In this document: piece after piece, positions 16,096-29,783 of the stretch
Position numbering within the stretch: position 1 is the first letter of the stretch
Layout of the letters: each line of letters begins with the position of its first letter
DNA from: Bigelowiella natans CCMP2755
Taxonomy: Eukaryota > Protista > Cercozoa
NCBI GenBank assembly: GCA_000320545.1
Contig: ADNK01001088.1
Coordinates: forward strand, 1-64,000
Reading direction: 5' to 3'
DNA: 64,000 nt
The notes under the pieces: generated by a model
What the model was told of the DNA's origin: nothing
The model's input: only the letters and a program-made list of their open reading frames with translations
The model's database searches: none
Program-made: the position numbers and the translations under genes

Positions 16096-19000
16096 ATGAT
16101 GTCGGTGGACTGTAAGAGACGCTACAGGTTGGTACTGGGGTTCCTCGCGGCAACTCTACTACCATTTATTCTGCTACGTGGGCTGCGAGAGGGCCGTACA
16201 CTTTCACATCGTCGTCTGTCAACTCGACCAACGCGGAACATGATATCGAGTCTTGCTTCACGCTCCGGAAGTATTAATTCTGTTCCCCTTCGAATGAGAT
16301 CACCGCTATGGATGGCAATGTCACCGCAGATGATGCGCAAGGCGACTTCGCTGGGGCGGAGACAGCTGCGTGTGACTGCTAATACCGAAGTATCAAACGG
16401 TGACAACGATGTGGTATATGCATACTGCCATGGCTTCCTTAGCGGTCCTCTATCAAAGAAGGTACTAAAAAGGAATTTAGACACCTCTCTCCATTAACCT
16501 CTCCCCCTTGATCCCATGCTAGCTGCGAATAAAGTTATAATGAAGCTCCATTGGTTAGGGTACTTGGCTGAAGTCGGAACTTGCCCCATATGGTTCTTCC
16601 TTTTTCTCGCTCAACCCCCCAGCCCTGATTGTTTACACTGTATGGATATAGGAATAGATCTAAACTTGATAAACTTGAACGGGGGCGACACTCCTGAGAC
16701 CATTACCCCAGGCACGGCGATAGCGGTACAGAGCAAATGTTACAAAGGAGCACATCATTTGTATGGGGAGATACTTCGACCATGTGATGCTATCATACGT
16801 GAATTCCATTAATCGAATCGTATAATAGGCTCTTGAAGAGCTTTTGATGACGCGCAATGGGACACAAGGAGATGAAACAGGAGGAGTCAAACAAACACCG
16901 AAACAGCGAAAGATTCGGTTAATCGGCTCGTCATTCGGTGGGTATGCAGCGGCTCTATTTGCATCCAAATATCCTGATGCTGTGGACCGTCTCACCCTGT
17001 TATGCCCCTCTTTTGACATGGAGGCGCGCTGGAAAAAGCTGTGGGTAATAAGGCAAAGACAGCATTGACTATTTAGCAACATCGATGATTGTAGCCTGAT
17101 GTATTTGCAACACGATGAACACAACAAGAGGAGCATAACAATCTTCGTGTGATTCAATTAACAGGGGCCGCAAGTGATGAAAGATTGGAAAACTGAAGGT
17201 TTTATGAAGTTTACTACAAATTGGGCTGATGAGCCAACGGAGTACGCTATTCCATACAACTTCGTCGAGCAGTGCTGTAAGGTTCCGGCCTTTCCTCCAA
17301 TTGGAGAGCACATACCAACCGTGATCTTGCACGGGATTAGAGATGATGTAGTTCCTGTGCAGACTTCATCTAGATACTTAAACTCTCTCAAAAGAGAAGG
17401 AAAGGGTTCTGCTCCATTAGGCGGGAAAAATATTGGTGGCAGCGACAGCTCAGCTAGAAAAGCAATCAATCCCTCCTCCTCTTCTTCCTCTTCTTCTTCT
17501 TCTGGATCTAACATTTTCTTGCAGTTGGTGCCAGATGGGCACGCACTTGATAAACATGAAACTCTGCAAGTACTGTTGAAAACGCTAAAATGGCAGTGGG
17601 AACTTGAAGGGGGTGGAGGAGAAAAACAAGAAGAAGCAAGAGGGGAAGAAAATCCGAAAAAGATTGCACTAGGGGGAGGAGGACAAGACGCTACGAAGCA
17701 AACAGTGGAGGTCATTTGTCATTGTGTATGTGTACAGTTGCCATAGACAAATCAATCGTGAGGTGATGATGAGTGAAATTAAAGCGATATGGAGCACGGG
17801 TAATCATGGTGAGATGCCAGGCGCCTACGAGCTCCAAATGAATGCACAATGGTCTTTTGAGAGCTGTTTTCACAAACCTCTACTTACAAAAACAGTTACT
17901 TACAGCTCTTCCACCTCCTTCTATACAACCACAGGTAGAGCGCAAGCTAATGGTTCCTGAGAACCTGATCGACCAGGTGGATCAAATAATCAACCAGGTG
18001 GTACGACTTCTTCTACTGCTGCTGCTGAGCAGCTCTTGTGCATTAAACGAAATTGGGAAAGAGAGCTGCAGCAAGGATAGCTTGGCAGAATATTTATATA
18101 TGATTATGATGGTCGTGATGGTTGATTTCATTATTAGGCTGGAGGAGAGCTGGTGGCTGTCCAATCGTTCGAAGACCGGTGACTTCTTCACAACGACGAC
18201 AACGACGACGGCGACTCCATCACCACCACCACCACCACCACCACCACCACCACAACCACCACCATCATTGTTTATGAATACATTATCAAAAAGAATCGTT
18301 GCACCCACACGAAATCTACAATCAGTTATTGGGACATCCGGGAGGAATGGCTACTGGCAAGAAACAGCTGCTGGTAGTTAAAACTAAGACGTAAGCTGAA
18401 TCCATGTAGATTACTCGATACGATGAACTGCCTTTTATCTTCGTTCCCACGCCTATTAGGCTGCGACAAAGAGGGGGGATGTGGGAATTGAAAGTGCCTT
18501 TACAGTCAGTGAAAACAACCCAGACTGGTGATGCTGATCGTGATGGGAGCGGAGGAGGGGAAGCAGCGGCAGAAGTATATCAAGAAATCCTTGGGGAAAA
18601 TCAAATCTGGGACTATCTCAAACAAAGGTGTTCGCATGTATAACTGCTCTACAATCATGGACAGTTAGCACTAGAATAGATGCTGAAATTTCATAGAAAG
18701 TGTGAGGACAACCCATCGTCATCATCACACTCCTTTCTTCTCTTCCCTCCTCCCTCTCTTCTGTTGTCACCACTTTATTACTGCTTCTCTGTGTCGCCCT
18801 ACTGCCAACGAGTAGATGGACAACCCAGTTTGCATCGGCAGCAGCATCAGGAAAAGGGGGAAGACCTGTGTTGGAGCAAGGTGTCATTATTATCGTTATG
18901 TTTGCAAGTGTGGCGAGGTGTAGTATGCGTGCTTGACCGTATATGTTATTATAAAGAAGGGGGTCTCGAAAATGTCTTAAAGCAGTGTGGACTTTCCGTG

Positions 19001-21052
19001 TACGCGCACTATCGTACACGTCGGGAAAAGTACAGAATGCGCCAAAAAGAGGGTGGCGACAGCAAGAGCGATGCTTTTGGTGAAAACAGCAGCAGTAGCA
19101 GCAGCAGCAACAACAACGGGTACGTCGAGATCGACATGGACACCACTGATTATGGAAGCTCTCGCTTCACGGTTTTGGAGATTGAAAAGGTGGTGGACTC
19201 GGACTGCCGCGACCAAATCGAGCAGGCCAACAAGGAGCTAGACCACGTTGCTTCCCGTCTCATCTTAAACGAAACAGTAGCAAGAGGTGAGGAGGAGCAC
19301 CAGACTAATAACAGTGACGATGATGGCGACGACCTGGTTGAAGGAGGTGTAAGCACTCCGGAGATGATCCCACGGGGCAAACTAACTGAGTACATTCGTC
19401 GCTACGAGCCCGGTCTATTCCGTATCATGACGAACATGGAGAAGTTTTCCAACCTGGCCGTCCTGCTTGACGATAGGCAGAGGTGGGTTCACCTTACGGA
19501 TAATGAGCTAGGAGGCTTTGAGATCTGGACGAGGAACAAAGGCATTGTTGCAGGCCCTATTGCCCATGGACTGAGAATACCAACAAAGCGCTTCATTGCG
19601 AGTGATGGAGAAGAAGAGAAAGGAGAAGGAGAAGGGGCCGGCCGTGGCATATTTGCGAAGCAGTACATAGAGGAAGGGGCGTTGCTTGTGGAGCTACCGT
19701 CTGAGCTTGTACTGCGAGTGCAGGAAGATGAGCAGTGTCCTGAGGAGCTCATAGCCACCTACGGAGATGTATGGAAGAACTACGACGAATGGTATGTGCG
19801 ATTAGGCGTGAAGCTGCTCATTGAGCAGCAGAAGCAGAAAAGCCAGAAGGACAGCAAGTTCGCAGGCTATTTAGGGCTTCTTCCAGACTCAATCGATCAC
19901 GGAGCGCCGATCGTCTGGACGGAAGAGCAACTCGAAGTTGGCCTCGGGTACTACGAAATGTGTGTGTGCGTGTGTGGGGGGGGGGGGAGGGGGGGTTATG
20001 TGCGTGCAAGAATATGGATAAAGTAGTGATATCATGACAGCATACTCGTGGTTGTAACTGCAGTGATATTGACACTTGTTTAGTAGCATTTGAGCCTTTG
20101 GTTTGCACCTCAAACTATTCAAATAACATCGTTTAAACTGTCGATTAGCGTTCTTACTACGATCAATCACCGCAGATACTATCCCACTCTCAAAGCGTCA
20201 GTAGAACGGCAGAAAGAGAAATGGAGCAGAATCTCCAGCGAGCTCTCCGCAATGTTTCCTGAGTTCTCCCCAAAAGAGCTGCAATTGGCGTTCTATCACT
20301 GCCTAAGTCGTGCTTTCAAGGGAGATTTTGGACGGCCAATGTGGCAGGCTTTCGTCCCCGGCTTAGTTCTCCTTAAAGAGGCAATCGGTGAATCAGAGGA
20401 CAGCTACGTGCTCTTGCCCTATGTGGATTCACACAACCACAATTCCTCCGTGACAACAAATCTCGAGTTCCAGCCGCGGAGGCAGGTTTTCGAGTTGCGC
20501 TCTGGGAAGGACTATGCGAGCGGAGAGGAAGTTATGATCTCCTACGGAGCGCTCAGCAACGACGAATTGCTGCAGCGATTTGGATTTGTTGAGACAAACA
20601 ATCCTCACGATGTGCTGCGGATACCCAAGTCGGAGTTTGAGAATGCTTTAGATGTGATGATATCAGGGGAGCCGGCGCTCAAATCAGGTGTAACGCTTCT
20701 TCGCAACGGCCAGATTCAGGATGAGGAGAGCGTCCTGAATGCCCTCGCAAGGGTTGCACAGGGCAACGGTCAAGCTAGAGCCGGTACAGTGATTAGTGCA
20801 GCTAAGTTTCCCTTTTCCATAGTTGAAAAATGATTTTACTCTGTTTTTTCCAAAAAGAGCATTGAGTTTCATGCAGATTTTTGTATAATTATAGGGATGA
20901 AAAAGGTAATTAAGGAGCTATTAAGGCAGATTGAAGACTATGGCGAAGTGACCCCTTCTAGAATGGGCGGCGATGCCCGAAGAGCAGAACTGGCCGAAAA
21001 TTTCAGGCAAGAAAAACTTCGCATCCTGAAAGAGGCAAAAATAAAAGCATAG
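16096..21052 (+). CDS. Fusion protein: bipartite plastid-type leader + YqiA/YcfP-like alpha/beta hydrolase + CYTH (THTPA-like) + Rubisco-LSMT-type SET methyltransferase
   Basis: Hydrolase: YCHGFLSGP, LIGSSFGGY, ILHGIRDDVVP, DGHAL. CYTH: E|VERK (splice 17710/17935), FEDRYWD, WLRQRGGMWELKVP, IDMDTTDY, VLEIE, KLTEYIRRY. SET: GRGIFAK, LLPYVDSHNH, GEEVMISYG..SNDELLQRFGF. Stop at 21050-21052. Confidence 0.8.
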
Positions 21053-21190
21053 ATACGACTCGATGCGTCTGCTACGTGAAGATGTTTGAATTAAAAGGTT
21101 TTGGGGTAGCTCTGATTGCATCAACTAGTCAATGATCTAGATGATGATGCCTGTGAGCTGCTATCGATGATTGCTTGTACGTCGCGCTAC

Positions 21191-21854
21191 GCGCTAGCGA
21201 TGAGCGGAGAGCACACACAACACACAACATCAATGATGCAGTTGCGCACGTGCAACAATGCGCAACATGCCATGCATCTCACAGTGTTTCAGTCGATGCA
21301 CACATCTAGACATGCCATGCTGTGATCCAGTCATGCTAGCATGTCTAGACGTGCATGCATGCATGCATGGCTCGCGTTTGGTCGCAGTGCTGTTTGGTCG
21401 CAGTGCTGCGCGCTAGCTAGCTAGCTAGCTGGCTAGCTGGGCTGTCTAGCTGTGCCAGCTGTGGCATTCCGAGACAGCTAGCTAGCTAGACAGGCGTCCA
21501 TGTAGCCATGCACACGTGTTGCACACACACGTGCACACGTCTCAGAGAGAAACGGAGAAACAATGAAACAGTGATGATGAACTGCACGCCAGCAAGCATG
21601 GACAGTCTTGCTCACTGGCTTGTCTTGCGTGCGATCTAGCGATGTTTGTGCTTTCCAGATTTCAATGATTTTGCAACATTCCAATTGTCCTTCATGCCAC
21701 GATTGCTCTGGTTCATCCATGCATCTGGAGTCAGTTCATCATCATCATCATCAATGTTTCTTTCTTTCTAGATCATGGAGATTGCGTTCGGAAAGCACGT
21801 GTGGGCCCATCAGAATGAAGTTTGACCGACATCGATCGTTCATGACAAATTTCA
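21191..21854. other. Second intergenic TpA-depleted, CTAG-retaining island
   Basis: About 15 CTAG and one GTAG (21502) in ~660 bp; (TGCA)n and (CTAG)n runs. Confidence 0.85.
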
Positions 21855-21987
21855 GTAAAATCCAGCACCATTGAAAAAAAAACACCACGATTTTTAGGGT
21901 GCGACAACGTTTTCACTTTGAATCTGTAGAAAACCAAAGCATCACGTGCTTCCTCGGACCAAAGAGAACTCGATCGCCGGCATCTGC

Positions 21988-24900
21988 ATGAGTTCCACTT
22001 CCACCCCATTCCACCCCTACTCCTCCTCCCTCTTAGAAAGGCTTGCAGACAGACCAGATCCTTTGCCACTGGATCATCTCGTAATTGAAAAGGAAACAGA
22101 GGTATTGAGAGGAGAAAATTGTGTTGGCAGAGTCGTCGGCAAACTGAATCGCTCCATCGTCATTCAGACAAAGGAATCATTATCCCTCAAAGAAAGACCA
22201 TCAGAACCAGCTGCAAATCCTGCATTGTTCAGTGGTGAGCCGAATGAAAATGATAATTGACCTTGTTGCCTTTTCACACCTCTGTGTGTGATGCCGCATG
22301 AACAATGTACTCGTTGGGAATGCCAATCCCGCTGTCCTTATCCTACATCCTAATCTAATCAAATTACAGTACTCACGACGGCAAACGCGAACACCTGCAC
22401 ATTTGCAGAGCTATACCTTCGTACACCGCAGTCTCTACACCATCCTCTTCCATCATTATCCTCTTCTCTATCATCATCATTCTCTGGCGAGCCCGTTGAT
22501 GGGGAGTCCAAGGAGGATACGAAGAAGAGGGCAAAGCGCACGCACTCAAATCGTCGTCCCCCTGCCAACCATCGCCCTCGTCCTCGGCTTCTCGAAGAAA
22601 AAGCGAAGGCAATAAAAATTGAGGAGAGGGGAGAAAGTTCCTCGAGAACAAGCGACAGTCATCTGCCACTTCGTGCTAATGCAGAATTATCCGCAACAAA
22701 CGCATTAAAACAGTCAACAGAGACGGCCAATGGAGAAAGCAGGATCCAGTATCATCAGACCGGGAAAGTTTGTGAGCTCGAGGTTAATGGGAGGGCACCG
22801 GTGGCCGTAAAACAATCTAATTCAATAGATGCAACAACCGCAAAATCAACATCATCGGTTCCTCCAAGACCGCTGACAACTGCAACCACGTCGTCTTCCA
22901 GGAAAACATTGCTATCAGAGCAGCCACCAGCGCCACCTTTATCCTTGCGGACAAGGTATAATTCAGAGAAGCAGCGTCAGAAGAAAAGTTTTCTGTCTTC
23001 AGCATCCTCTTCGTCCTCACTTCCATCGAATACGAACCCCTTACACTACATTCTTAAAGAGATTGAAGGTGAGCAGGAAGCTAGTCAGCAAAGAGGGGCC
23101 CATGGAGCGGTGGAAAATAGCAGCATGTCAATGAATCGAGAGGGAGAACAAAATAGAGGGACGAGTGATCACTTAATACGTATGACGAGTAGCCGCAGAG
23201 CAGCTGCTGGAGGAACGAGGGGTGGCCCTAATACTGCTGCTACAAGGTCTTTTCTTCATTAAGATGATTATGATATTGATGATAATGATAACGACGACGA
23301 GTGTGGCGTGAGCAAAGATGATAGTAGGGCTACCAATCAACCAACATTCTCGCGATTTCCCTGAAAAGGCATCATATCGATCTATACTAGTAAGCTCGAA
23401 GATGTTTCTATTGATAGTTCTCCGCCACACACATTTGTTGACAAAGACTAACAATGAAATGCCTCAGGCTTCGATGGTCCCTACTGAGCTGTGCGGAGCA
23501 CCTCCATTACACACACACGCATCACCCTAAAATGAAGGCTCAAGGAAGAGTTGGAGGAGGGGGAGGAGGAGGAGGAAGGGGCAAAGGCGATAGCAGTTTG
23601 ATGATGTCGCGACTCAAGACGGAACGACGAGAGTAGTTACAAAAATGATAAGGGCGATGATAATGATGATGATGACAATGGTCATTGTGGTGGTGGCAGC
23701 GGTGGTTCTGGCGACGAACAAACATCGAGAGAAAGAGAGAAAGAATGACATCGTCATCATGACTATTCGTTTTCAGACATTTTGCGGTTCTCGATAACCT
23801 TTTTATATTACGGAGTTGCCACCACACCGAACAGCTACATAGATCATACGCATCCACAAACGTCTTTCCCCCACTCATACTCAACAATGACGTTGTGCTA
23901 GGTATAAAGAGCTCGTTAGGCATGAGATTCTATCGCATTTTTCGTCGGTGTACCGTTTGGCTCCCAACTACGTGCACGACTACTCGCAGTCCTACAGCAA
24001 CTGGATGCGTCACCGAGCAAGAACAAACCCGCGCTTCTACACCTTCCATCACGAAATCAGGATCCAACGAGGACAAGGAGGAAATAGGAGGAGGAGGAGG
24101 AGAGTGAGAAGGGAGGGGGGTGGGGGTACTTCTTCAGCAAGAACAGATGCGGGATTAGGACGAGGGGGGGCGGAGCAGGAGCAGTCACAGCTAGAGCATT
24201 TGGGCTTTATCAGAGGAGATATGCTTCTTTCGATGCGTTCTTCTACGTCACCATCTTCGTTTTCTTCCCCCCCCGTAATAATACCGGTGATCACTCTGAT
24301 GAAGAGCAGCGTTCTCTCCAAACGCATCAATTTGTTCGCTGACTCTGAGTCGATAGAGACAAGCAGGAAGTCCATATTTAGTCGATGGAATATGCCTGCA
24401 ACGATCAGTGACCTCGAAGCTCAGAATGCTCTCCGCCGCCTTCTTCGCCATCGTGAGCATCTCCCTTCACACGAAGCAGCAGCAAGTCGGGTAGGGGCGG
24501 TAGGTAGAGGCGGGAGTAACCAAGAACATCCAACAATTCTTCTCATCAACTCCAGTATCATGGAGCAGCTGCTATGCGAGCTGCTTTCGGACGATGGTGA
24601 AGAGGATAATAGCTATTACAGGGAAGACACGAATAGCTCAGGCGTTGACAACAGCAGTGAGAGCTTGCTGCTATTTCCAGTGCGAAAGTACATCTAGCAT
24701 CCTCATTCCTGCCCCCCCCCCCCCTACTATCACTTACGCATAAATATGTAGTCGTGCTAATTATTAAGTATGGGCCTTGCTAGCTTGCAAATACACACGC
24801 GTGTGATCAAGAGAGGGAAGGTGTGTAAGGGCTGCGGGGCGTGTGCATCTGCCACAGTGGTGGGATCACACATATCCACAAATAATCCGTTTAGGATTGT

Positions 24901-25261
24901 CCGTATTGCATGCCTCTACTGCCAATCTCCTTGTTTGCTGCACAAAATAACGACTGCTCCCTCTATTTTGAACGCTGCATTTGTGAAGGGCTGGCAGGAG
25001 CGTGTATTTTGACCGACCTCTACGGCAACCAGATCTGATGACCCCACGTCAGAGGGTGGAGAATTGCCTCAGAGACTACGTGAAAGAAGGCATCCAAAGG
25101 ACGTTGGGGATGTCGAAGGAGAAGAAGATGACGAGGCCGACGACAACGATGATGATGACGACGAGATCTGTATCGCTTAGAGGCCATGCTTTGGATATGT
25201 GGAGGTATTCGTCAGACGTCCTTGCATGTTTGTGTGGCGTGCGTGTGTGTTTCTGTGTGTG

Positions 25262-25294
<33 letters not shown>

Positions 25295-27348
25295 TGTGTG
25301 TGCCGACTGCCTTTGTGAAGTAGTGGTAGAATGTCCTGATTGGTGGTGAAAAGGCGACGAACCGATGATACTTACATATTCAGCGCCGATCTTGACGAAA
25401 GCCTATCGTTTAGAATGCTATGTATTTCAGGAGTAGGCCGTTACTTTGCATCAACATCACCACCACCATCGTCATTATCATCACCATCATTATCATCATT
25501 ATTATCATCGTCACAATCCTCTGCGCTCAGGATTCGAAAGGATTGCTATGTGGCTAGTTGGCGTGATTTTCCCTTGCAAACGTCAACGCTACGGAGAAGA
25601 AAAGCTACTTCCCGAGAAGAAGAAGAAGAAGAAGAAGAAGAAGAGGAGGAGGAAGAAAAAGAAGAAGGCCGCGGCAGCGACGAGTGCGATGGGCAAATAG
25701 AGCTCACTCCTCTTGATATTGAGGTTGAGAGGAGTAGTAGTATTGATAGTAGCAGCAGAAGTAGTGGTAGTAGTAGGTAGCAGCACTTGCTTTCAGGAGA
25801 AGAGTTCATCATCGATAGACACATTCCTCTGCACTCACGCCTCCCTTTTGTCGAAATGGTTGCGAGGGAGCATCGTTATACTACCCCCTTCCCAGTTTAT
25901 GATTGTTGTTGTTGCTACCGGTGATGATGATGATGATGATGACTATGGACGATAGCTTAAGTGTATACAGACGGTGTACTATATATGTATATAAATTCCA
26001 ACAAATGATTGATAGTAGTAATGAAATGATAATGGTGATAATGATGATAAGGTACACGTGGACTATTTAATGCAAGCTGAGAATGAAGCACGAGCAGCAG
26101 CAGGAGGAGGGGGGCCTTCAAGCGGCAATACCAGTAAGAGGGGGAGAGGCTATACCCAGCTTCCTCCTAAACTTCGGTCAGGAATTCGTGAAAAACTTCC
26201 CAATTGGCTGGTAATGTATTTTCCAGCCTTTGTCACGCAGCCAACGTCCGTCTGTGTGTCTACTACTACCCCGTATCTATGCACCTTGCCTTTCATCATC
26301 ACCATCATCATCATCATCACCATCACCATCATAATTTGATCTATTGAATGGATACAGACGCGACTGCTGCGTGTGAGGAAGGCTTTATTGTCAATAAGGG
26401 AGGGAAGCACGCAAAGAATGCAAGGAAACGAGGCGGAGGGAGAGAAGAAGGGGGAGGGGGGTGGACATGAGCAGAGTCATACACTGCTCGTAACAGGTTA
26501 TAGATCGAGCTGTTTTTTCCTCCTCAAAGAAGGATGCCTGCTTGTTTTTCCTTCTCTCTCTCCTTTCGTTCACTACTACCACAGTGGCTTTTTAATGCGA
26601 CTAAAAACGCCTTCAAATGCAGAAGAGCATGATGTAACCTATTGGATGATGATGGTGACAATGATAATGACAATGATAATGATGACGATGATGGGATAGT
26701 GGCGACGAAATCGATGTATTTACGCTTGTTGGTAGTGAGGCCGGAGAACGAGTTGGATCAGCTCAAGGTGCTCAGGGCCGACTTACTCAAAGAGAAAATG
26801 GCGTTGAAGAAGAGATATCAAGATAATGAAGAAGATGGAGATGAGGATATCTGTAGTGAGGAGGGGGGGGAGGAGGAGGAGGAGGAGGAACAGGCCAGTC
26901 GGCCCTCAGCGAAGAGAAAGAAAAGAAAGACGCCAGCAGCAAAGATTGGTAGTAATGTTATCACGTAGATTGATGAAGGGGTAGTAGGAAGTGTAGTCGT
27001 CGTCGTTGTTTACATAGTATTCCAATAAATAATGCCATCATTTACCGAAGCACGCTCACTCGGTGATCTTATTCAGTGATGCACTACATGAAACACGAGC
27101 CACCTCCACTCTTCACACTCACAAATTTGTCGTTGCCATTGCTGCCACTGCTGCTGCTCTACATGGTACTGCTACCTTTGGGTGGCGTCGTTGTCATCAT
27201 TATCATCATTATCATCATCGCCAGAAATCGATTGGGTGCTTTCACAAGTGTTTCTGTCCGTTGAGTCACTGGCTGACGGATGCTACCTACTACACGCAAA
27301 CAAACGAGGTATATTTGTATTTGTGTGTGCCTATGCGTGCGAGCGTGC

Positions 27349-27383
<35 letters not shown>

Positions 27384-29783
27384 ATCACCACCAGTGCGAA
27401 GACTCCACCCTCCTTTGATCTTACTTTCTCTGCTGATCCATGTTCATCGTCATCAACACTAGATGTTATATATCTGCTAGGCATTCGAATCTTGCGTCAG
27501 TTCAATCCAACGAGATTTACGCCGACGTACTACTACTCCAAAACATGCCTGTTTGCATGTTAGCCTTCTTTTTCTTCTTCTTTCTTTTCTTTCCCTTACC
27601 CCTCGTTTGCCCCTGTCGTCTACATATGCTCCTAATTTCGAAGCTCTTGCGTTTCTTCGTTGTCACTAGACTTGTGCAGTTGTTATCGTAAGCATTCAAG
27701 TATTTCTCTTATCATCATACATCGTTTGCAAGCTGAAGCTTCTATGTCTGTTATTGGCCGCAGACTTGTGTATCCCTCTGGAATTTCGCAGAATTTTGGA
27801 AACACTATCAAAGGTTATTCATTCGGTGCCACTGGGAGACTTGTTATCCTCCTCTCCTCTTCTTACTGACCTACATCGTTCCCCACCAACCCTATGCTTC
27901 TGATGCTGTTCTGGCCTCGCCCTGCAAACAAGCCGAAAATGCTCATACATGCTGATGTGGTGTTAGCTGCAGGGACAACAGCAGTGAGGCTGTGGGTCCG
28001 CGGTGCTGGGCTCGTCCTGACAGTGGTGGAACAAGAGGGGAGAGCAGACGATAGGGGAGGGGGCTCGAATAGGAAGAAGAATAGCACGGCAAGAACGCAT
28101 ATGAAGCTTCAGACTCAATTTAAGATACGAGCGCTGAAACCGGATACTATGGAAGGGAAGGCAGGAGGAGACGAAGACATTAAAGTACACGGTGCTGGCA
28201 AACAGATCTTCCACTTCCAGAGGTGTTTGTTGCCAGTTGAAATAGAAGGAAAAGAAGTGGGATGAAGAGAAGAAGGAGGAGGAGGAGGAAGGGGGGGGGG
28301 GGGGGGTGAAAACACTGTCGTATGTTGTACCAACAAAACGATGGGGAGGATGAGGAGGGAAATAGGAAGATGATTGAGTATCCCCCTCCCATCATTTCTA
28401 CAGGACTCTAGGCGGGTTTCAGATTCGCTATCCTCGAACACACAGCAAGTTGCACGTTGAGGGGAACAACGATGTAGGCAGCTTGCTGTCATCTTCTTCT
28501 TCTTCTTCTTCTTCTTCTTCTTCCTTTGTTGTGGTGGATGCTCAAGCTGGAGGCTACACTCCGCCGGGAAGTGACGTATGGCAGATCCAAAAGGCTCCTC
28601 ATCGCACCATACAGCGGGGATATCACTTCAAAACAAAGACTCAGGAGAGTAGTAGTCACGAAGACCAAACGAATGGGGGTGATAATCGTGACGACGGTGA
28701 AGGTTTCATCGTCGTCTTGAAGGGGGATGGCAACGACGATGACAGGTGTGGGCGATGGAGGAATCTTATTGACGCTTCACTGAAACAACACTCTTAGCAT
28801 CCTTCTTCTTGCCTCCTTCCCCTTTGTGTTGGGAATTATGGTCATGTATTTTGAAATTTTTGCTACTGCTCACTGTTGCGCTGTGTTATCCTCATCAGGT
28901 GGTGGAGCTTAGATAAGAATAAATGTCTTTGCATATCTTCACCATCTTCATCGGTTGCGCTGCCTCCGACAATTTTCGTGCTTGAACCGCCATCTCCAGC
29001 CCACTTGGAAGATATAGGGAAAAGAATAACGAAGAAAATTGAAGATGTTGCGGCAGCTAAATCATCGCCATCACCACCAGCAGCAGCATCAACAACGGCA
29101 ACAAATGGAAAAGCCCCCCGTAAGAACGACAGTGCAATGGCGGACACAGTTTTCGATTTGCACGGTTGGGTGGAATCTAAAAAGCTCGCGAAATCAATGC
29201 GGAGCACTAGTTCTTCTTCCTCGGGTCCCTCTTACTACGTCGAGCCGGCATGGAAGTCTACCTTCGCAGGACAAATCCCGGAGACGTTCCGACCCGAGCC
29301 TATTGATTATGATGCTGGTAGTGAAAACATCAAAAGAAATCATAAGGGTGGCAGTAGTAGTAGTAGTAGTCTACGTATGGCAGGAGGCGTGCTTTTGAGA
29401 AATCAGGTATTACTCCATGATCATAGTGGTAGTAGCATGATGAATTGATTCTGAGTCACATTGTACCATTGCCCTCGATACCATTTGCATACATACCAGC
29501 TTGATCATATTCACACCACACTTTTCCATATCCGTCATTTGCTTCTTCTTTCAGAAAGTAATTGAATACCATCGTGTTCCGTTTTAAGGTTTGTGAGCGT
29601 GTCCCAACAGCAGGGCCCCGCCATGGCAATAAGACGAAGAACAGAAAGTATCAGTATGCCTTAGGGTCATGTGATCTTCCAGGTTGCTCTTTGTCTCATC
29701 AATTCAAAGGGCAAAAAAAAAGAAAGTCAAAGAAATCCTGGCGCAATAAAAAGCGGCACAGCAAAAGACAACGAGAGCAATGA
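21988..29783 (+). CDS. Large multi-exon hypothetical protein (possibly two genes); no family recognized
   Basis: A series of + strand protein-like ORF segments bounded by GT/AG (e.g. 21988-22234, 23948-24680, 26700-26948, 27900-28256, 28900-29406); basic C-terminus ends at 29783. Confidence 0.45.

Noticed and set aside
14566-16099. Many overlapping 60-130 aa ORFs on both strands
   Set aside because: Explained by loss of TAA and most TAG stops in the TpA-depleted island; no motifs; Cys/His-rich, Tyr-poor composition.
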